Shown in pieces: positions 43,215 through 48,036 of a DNA stretch of 48,036 nucleotides. This DNA comes from a virus (taxonomy: Duplodnaviria; Caudoviricetes): IMG/VR virus record IMGVR_UViG_3300042199_000477, positions 1 through 48,036 of that record. One strand, 5' to 3'. Made by a program: the position numbers and the translations under genes. The notes under the pieces are model-generated. The model did not search any database. It had not been told where the DNA came from and saw nothing but the letters and a program-made list of their open reading frames with translations. Positions within the stretch are counted from its first letter, which is position 1; the number at the start of each line of letters is the position of its first letter.

Positions 43215-44152
43215 TGCCCAAGCTCACGTGGCAGGGCGGAGAGCCCCCGGAGTTCCCCCGCGACCTTACGGGGCTCGCTCCGTTTCGTCAGCGGTGGCAC
43301 ACCTTCATGTCGTGGATGTCGGACACGCTGCGGCGCGTGTTCTTGCGTCAGAACAACCACGACGACCGTATCGAAGCGCTCGAGTCGGCGATCCCCTCGC
43401 TTCCGGTGAGCATCGCCAACGGCGGCACGGGGCAGACCAGCAAGACGCCCGCTTTCGACGCGCTGGCGCCGGGCACGACCAAGGGCGACCTCATTGCGCA
43501 CGACGGGACCGACCACGTGCGCGTAGGTGTCGGGACGAACGGCTTTCCTCTGATCGCCGCTTCCTCCGCGGCGGCCGGAGTCGCTTGGGCGACGACCAAA
43601 GAGACGATCACGTGGTGGTACGAATTCGACCGACGCCCGATCGTTGGAACGGCGGCCGTGTCGCCCCCCACGTTGGCGGTGGCGGACGGGTCCATCAATG
43701 ACACGACGGACGGCGACGGGCACTTTGTCGGCCGCGACGCCACGGACGCGAACGTCACGTGGTGGCACTTCCAGTTTCCGATCCCTGACGAACTCGACCT
43801 AACCGAAGCGGTGGACGCCAAGGTGTTTTTCCGCCTCGCGTCTAACGCCGGTGCTGGCAATCAGGTGCAGCTATCTACCAGCGTGCGATCCGTCGCGCGC
43901 GACGAGCTCCTGTTGAGCGGCGGGACGCTGCGGGAAGTGTCGGGAACGATCGTCTTGACGGGGTACTCGGCGGGCGACCTCGCGACGTGTTCGATCACCG
44001 GAGTCTTGGCCGCCAACGACGCGGAGGCGGACGACTTCGTCAAGGGCGTGATTCAGCGCGACGCGACGGCCGGAAACGCCAACGACACCTATGCGGCGAC
44101 GATCCGCGTCACGTGCATCAAATTCACCGGGAAGCGGAAGGTGCGGACGTAG
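43214..44152 (+). CDS. Tail fibre/needle-like protein
   Basis: ATG 43214; short coiled coil, IANGGTG and TTKGDLI...GVGTNG fibre motifs, beta-rich C-terminus. Confidence 0.6.
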   Translation: MPKLTWQGGEPPEFPRDLTGLAPFRQRWHTFMSWMSDTLRRVFLRQNNHDDRIEALESAIPSLPVSIANGGTGQTSKTPAFDALAPGTTKGDLIAHDGTDHVRVGVGTNGFPLIAASSAAAGVAWATTKETITWWYEFDRRPIVGTAAVSPPTLAVADGSINDTTDGDGHFVGRDATDANVTWWHFQFPIPDELDLTEAVDAKVFFRLASNAGAGNQVQLSTSVRSVARDELLLSGGTLREVSGTIVLTGYSAGDLATCSITGVLAANDAEADDFVKGVIQRDATAGNANDTYAATIRVTCIKFTGKRKVRT

Positions 44153-44172
44153 GGGTCGGGTATCATCCGGAC

Positions 44173-44595
44173 ATGCTCCCCATCGGCTACAGCCACGCGA
44201 TTGACGTGCTCGAAATCGAGCTCGCGCGCGCGCCGCAGGTGGAGTGTCCCACGTCGCACCATTTCGTCGGCGGCGTCTACATTCGCGAAACGAGCGCCCC
44301 GGCCGGAACGCTGGTCACGACCAAGATTCACCTGACGGAGCATCCGTTCATGGTGCTCAAGGGCCGCGTGCGGGTGTTCACCGAAGACGACGGCGTGGTC
44401 GAGATCGCGGCGCCGTTCTGCGGCGTGACGAAGCCCGGGACGCGCCGCGCGTGCTACGTCGTCGAAGATGTGGTGTGGGTGACGATCCATCAGACGAGCG
44501 ACACGGACGTCGAGCGCATCGAAAAGACGCTGTTTCTGGACTACGACCACGGCGGGTTGGAGTTGGAAAAGCGGTTGACGGAGGCGATCCAATGA
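44173..44595 (+). CDS. Cupin-fold phage protein
   Basis: HHFVGGVYIRE...PAGT....KIH..EH...PGTRR...TIH; precedes the ejection genes. Confidence 0.7.
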   Translation: MLPIGYSHAIDVLEIELARAPQVECPTSHHFVGGVYIRETSAPAGTLVTTKIHLTEHPFMVLKGRVRVFTEDDGVVEIAAPFCGVTKPGTRRACYVVEDVVWVTIHQTSDTDVERIEKTLFLDYDHGGLELEKRLTEAIQ

Positions 44596-45299
44596 GCGGC
44601 CTTATCACCGCGGCGGCCATCACGACGGCGGGGGCCGTGGGCGGCAACCTTCTCGCGGCGGACGCGGCATCGAAGCGTCAAGACGCCGGATTTGCCCGTC
44701 AGGACCAAGGCATTCGTCGGCTTGAAGGCTTGGCGGCAGGGCAGGCCGAAGACCCGCGGCTGCGGCTTCTGTCGCAGTTGGTCGAGCGTCGGCTAATCAA
44801 CCCGTCCGCGCTGGACCCGCGCACCGTGGAATTGCTCAAGGCGCGCGGTGCGGCCGACATCAACACGGCTTCGCAGTCGGCGCTAAACGCGATCCGTTCG
44901 CGCGCGGGCGCGTCCGGCAGCATCCGGTCCGGCACGACCGGCAAGTCCGAGGGCGGCGTCGCCCGGTCGCTCGGCACGGGCATCGCGCAGTTGAATCGCG
45001 ACATCGACATCCGGGCCGCCGAGTCGCAGTTGGCGGGCGAAGAGCAGGCGGCGCGCATGCTGGCCGCTTTGCTCGGGATCGAGCAGCAGCCGACGCGCGA
45101 CCTAGCCAACGCCTACCTCGGTCAAGGGGCGGCGATCGCATCGACGCCCGATCCGTGGGCGGGCTTCTTCGAGAAGTCCGGCACGGCGTTGGCCGGCGCG
45201 GGCTCCAACGTCATGACGCTCCTCGAGCAGCGGCGTCGTGAGGCGGAGCAAAAAGCGCAGTTCGATCAGATTTTGACGCAGATCATGGGGCCGAAGTGA
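44592..45299 (+). CDS. Small ejection/DNA-transfer protein
   Basis: ATG 44592; Gly/Ala-rich hydrophobic N-terminus, GSIRSG motif, helical Gln-rich body. Confidence 0.65.
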   Translation: MSGLITAAAITTAGAVGGNLLAADAASKRQDAGFARQDQGIRRLEGLAAGQAEDPRLRLLSQLVERRLINPSALDPRTVELLKARGAADINTASQSALNAIRSRAGASGSIRSGTTGKSEGGVARSLGTGIAQLNRDIDIRAAESQLAGEEQAARMLAALLGIEQQPTRDLANAYLGQGAAIASTPDPWAGFFEKSGTALAGAGSNVMTLLEQRRREAEQKAQFDQILTQIMGPK

Positions 45300-46582
45300 T
45301 GCCTCCCTCCGACACGAGCGCCCCGCCGCCCGCCTTCGACGGCATCCTGCAAGCGATTGCGATGGGATTCGCCGCCGGTTTCGGCGGGAAAAGCGTCGCC
45401 GATATGCAGGCGGAGCAGCGCCGCATGTCGTGGGAGGCGTGGCAGCGCGAGCAAGACGCGAAACTGCGCCGTGAGGAAATGGACCGCAGCGATCGGCGGT
45501 TCCAGCAGCAACTCGACATGCAGCGGACGCAGCTCGAAATCGAGCAATCCCGGTACGAGCGGGAGGACGCGCGCCGCTTTGCCGAAGACCTGAGCCGCGG
45601 CCAAGCGCTCGGCATGTTGGCCCCGGTCGGGGAAGCGGAGTTCACCGCGGCAATGGCTCGCGAGGGCCGCGCCGCAGACGAAGCGAGCCGGGCCGAAGCG
45701 CGCGCCGCGGACCAAGCGCAACGAGACAAGGAAGCGGCGGACGCGGCGGCGTTCGGCGTTCAAGAAGGGCTTTTGCCGCAGGGCACCACGAGCTTTTCCC
45801 CGACGATTCTTCCGGCGCTGGTCAACAGTGCCGAACGGAAGTCGGCGCAGGAGGATCGCAAGGCGGCGCGATACGACGCCAACAAGGCGCGCGAAGAGCA
45901 GATGGCCTTCGATATCTGGCGGACTTTGCGCCAAGAGGACCAGAACATCGAGCAGTTGGACAGCACGTTTCGGCAAGCCGCCGTGTCCGCCGCGCGAGAC
46001 GACCTTATCAACGGGCGCACGACGTCGTTCGAGGGGTCGGTCGAAGCGTACATGCGACTCTTCGGCAAGGGCAAGGCGGCGTCCGCCAGCTCCTCCGACG
46101 TCGCCAAGATCATGGCGCAGATTCGCGGCGGCGACGTGGCGGCGGTGACCGCGCTGCAGAACGCGATGCCCGCTGCGGAGTCGCGGCCGGTGGCGGAGTC
46201 GAGGCCTGCGGCTGAATCGCGTCCGGTGGCTCCCGCCGCGGCCGACACGCGGCCTGCCGCGGGCACGATCCCGCCGGTCGGCAAGAAGCCGTCCGTGGTG
46301 TTGCGGGAGAAGGCGGATTCCAAAGTAAAAGCGCAGAAAACCGCACAGCAAGAGGAGCGCGCCGGTTGGGTGCGAAAGTTCCTCTATAGCGAAGTTCCGC
46401 AAGAAGTTTTGGTGGCGATCGAAAACCGCCTTGGCGACAAGGCCGACGAACAGGCGGTGATTGATGCGATTCTGAGCAATTGGGACGCCGCTTCGCGCCG
46501 TGCCAACCAGTCGCGCTCGCGTTCGTCGGCGGGACCGGCCACGATCGTTTTGGAAGCGGCCAAGGCCGCGGCTGGTAAGTGA
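45296..46582 (+). CDS. Ejection protein 2 (repeat copy)
   Basis: Translation identical to 350..1636. Confidence 0.6.
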   Translation: MMPPSDTSAPPPAFDGILQAIAMGFAAGFGGKSVADMQAEQRRMSWEAWQREQDAKLRREEMDRSDRRFQQQLDMQRTQLEIEQSRYEREDARRFAEDLSRGQALGMLAPVGEAEFTAAMAREGRAADEASRAEARAADQAQRDKEAADAAAFGVQEGLLPQGTTSFSPTILPALVNSAERKSAQEDRKAARYDANKAREEQMAFDIWRTLRQEDQNIEQLDSTFRQAAVSAARDDLINGRTTSFEGSVEAYMRLFGKGKAASASSSDVAKIMAQIRGGDVAAVTALQNAMPAAESRPVAESRPAAESRPVAPAAADTRPAAGTIPPVGKKPSVVLREKADSKVKAQKTAQQEERAGWVRKFLYSEVPQEVLVAIENRLGDKADEQAVIDAILSNWDAASRRANQSRSRSSAGPATIVLEAAKAAAGK

Positions 46583-48036
46583 TGCCAGACCCCTTCAAAC
46601 TTCCCGCTCTCGGCGGATTCACGACGCGCCAAGACGCGCTGGACGGATACCGTCCGTCTGAGCTCGAAGTCCGCGCGGAGTTGGAGCAGCGAAAGAAGGA
46701 CCAAGAGGACGGGCTGTTTACGACGATCCTCAAGACGCCGGAAACGCTCCTCGGGGCGCACGCGATTCGCGGATCGGTGCGCGGCATCGGAGAGCAGGGC
46801 ACGTTCGAGGGGTTCGTCGAGGGCTTCTATCGCGGCCTGCCGACCACCAAATTGACGGACTGGCTCGGCATCACCGAGGACCATTTTCGCGAGACGTATA
46901 CCGCGGACATTCGCCGTGCGTTCGGAGACACCGACCAAAGCGGGATGGGCAATTTCGTGCTCAACCTCGCCGGGGACATCCTGACCGATCCGTCGTCGTT
47001 CGTGACGGCCTTCGGAAAGACGGCCAAGGGTGTTGCGGCGGGCATGGACATCGCGGCGGGCGTGGCGCAGGGGATCAAGAACGGCGAGCGCGCGGCGCTG
47101 GTCTTCAAGTTCCCTTGGATGGAGCGCATCGCGTTCGGGCTGCCCGTGCTCGATGCGTCGTTCCGCAAGATGGGCTTCCAGTCTCTCTCGCTCAACATCG
47201 CGGAAGGGCTCGATTCGTGGGCCGGATGGATGCGCACCGGCCCCCTCAACGGGATCACGCGCGCGCTGACGTCGCAAGCGATCGGCATTTCCGATCCGGA
47301 GCAGGCCCGGGCGATTAAGCGTCTCGGCGAACAGCTGCGCGGCACGCGCGCGGGCGTCGAGTCCGCGTTCCTCCAAGTCTTTGCGCAGACGCCGAAGGAG
47401 GCGCAGGAATTCCTGCTGAGTTCGCCCGCGGCGCAGCGCGTCGTGCTGGAAATGCGCGAGCGTGGGCTGGCGTCGTTCGATGACATCCACCAACTGAAAG
47501 CGATCCTCGAGCAACCGGCGATGGTTCCGGTAACGCCCGATTGGGTGCAGATCGCGGATCGCACCGCCGGGGTCGGCGACATCGCGACGCCGCTGGAGAA
47601 GGCGCGCGCCGACGTCGCTTCCTCGGTGGCGATGCAGGAGGCGCGCACGATCGAAGGCGCTCGCGAGTCGGTTCTGCGCGACGTCGACGAAGTCATGGCG
47701 GCGATCGACGCTTCGCAGGCTGGCGGCGGCAAACTTCGCGAAGGGCTCGACAAGTACCTCGTGAACGCCGTGGGCTTCATGCGAAAGCTCGGCGACAAGG
47801 AAGTGGCCGAGGGCATCCTGAACGGGATGTTTGAACACTACGTTCCGCGGCACGTGACGGACGAAGCGCGCAAGCTCATCAACGCGCGGTTCGAGGCGGC
47901 GATTCAGGGTGCCGGATCGGGGCTCAATCGCATCGAAGCGTTCATGCGCGGTCGCAAGTTCACGGACCTCACTACGGTGGAAGCGAACGCCGTGGTGCGC
48001 GAGCTCGGCACGCGCGCGACCGGCTACGTCCCGCTC
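46579..48036 (+). CDS. Large ejection protein, 5' part (variant allele, truncated by the window end)
   Basis: Same frame as 1633..6306 with mostly synonymous differences. Confidence 0.65.
   Translation, partial: MMPDPFKLPALGGFTTRQDALDGYRPSELEVRAELEQRKKDQEDGLFTTILKTPETLLGAHAIRGSVRGIGEQGTFEGFVEGFYRGLPTTKLTDWLGITEDHFRETYTADIRRAFGDTDQSGMGNFVLNLAGDILTDPSSFVTAFGKTAKGVAAGMDIAAGVAQGIKNGERAALVFKFPWMERIAFGLPVLDASFRKMGFQSLSLNIAEGLDSWAGWMRTGPLNGITRALTSQAIGISDPEQARAIKRLGEQLRGTRAGVESAFLQVFAQTPKEAQEFLLSSPAAQRVVLEMRERGLASFDDIHQLKAILEQPAMVPVTPDWVQIADRTAGVGDIATPLEKARADVASSVAMQEARTIEGARESVLRDVDEVMAAIDASQAGGGKLREGLDKYLVNAVGFMRKLGDKEVAEGILNGMFEHYVPRHVTDEARKLINARFEAAIQGAGSGLNRIEAFMRGRKFTDLTTVEANAVVRELGTRATGYVPL

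Larger units (their letters stand above)
44947..48036. repeat. Terminal direct repeat copy 2
   Basis: Matches 1..3090, with substitutions confined to about 47031-47910. Confidence 0.97.

Noticed and set aside
44947-48036. Biological 3.1-kb direct terminal repeat or gene duplication
   Set aside because: Both ends cut through genes and the copies differ only by a block of mostly synonymous SNPs; an assembly overlap of two haplotypes is simpler.

Overview
The window is a complete, circularly permuted, high-GC tailed-phage genome. The unit length is 44,946 bp, and 1..3090 is repeated at 44947..48036 as a slightly different haplotype. The architecture is podovirus-like. A + strand morphogenesis arm (~30.5-48 kb, wrapping into 1-9.7 kb) encodes terminase, portal, scaffold, capsid, decoration, adaptor, a nozzle with lectin-like inserts, a fibre, three ejection-type proteins, a beta-helix spike and membrane/lysis-like genes with no obvious endolysin. 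The 9.7-29.7 kb part holds accessory, recombination and replication operons: a Tad1-like anti-defence sponge, HNH, C5 and N6/N4 methyltransferases, Ala-repeat Imm5-like proteins, SSB/exonuclease/SbcC-like ATPase, an SF2 helicase, VRR-NUC, DUF3560, a beta-clamp-like protein, DUF932 and a DnaB-N/SF3-like helicase. I see no integrase, ParA/ParB, DNA polymerase, RNA polymerase, tRNA or CRISPR. Highlights: (i) a perfect chromosomal parS palindrome beside an iteron-rich origin at a strand-skew switch, in a genome without its own partition proteins; (ii) a C5 methyltransferase gene with a nested alternative-frame ORF that supplies the missing motif IX and three WPTP cassettes; (iii) a small origin-proximal wHTH sharing a motif with the helicase C-terminus, with an iteron in its promoter; (iv) recurrent long-stem, attenuator-like leaders and a tRNA T-arm mimic. 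All family calls are from motif recognition by eye, not database searches.
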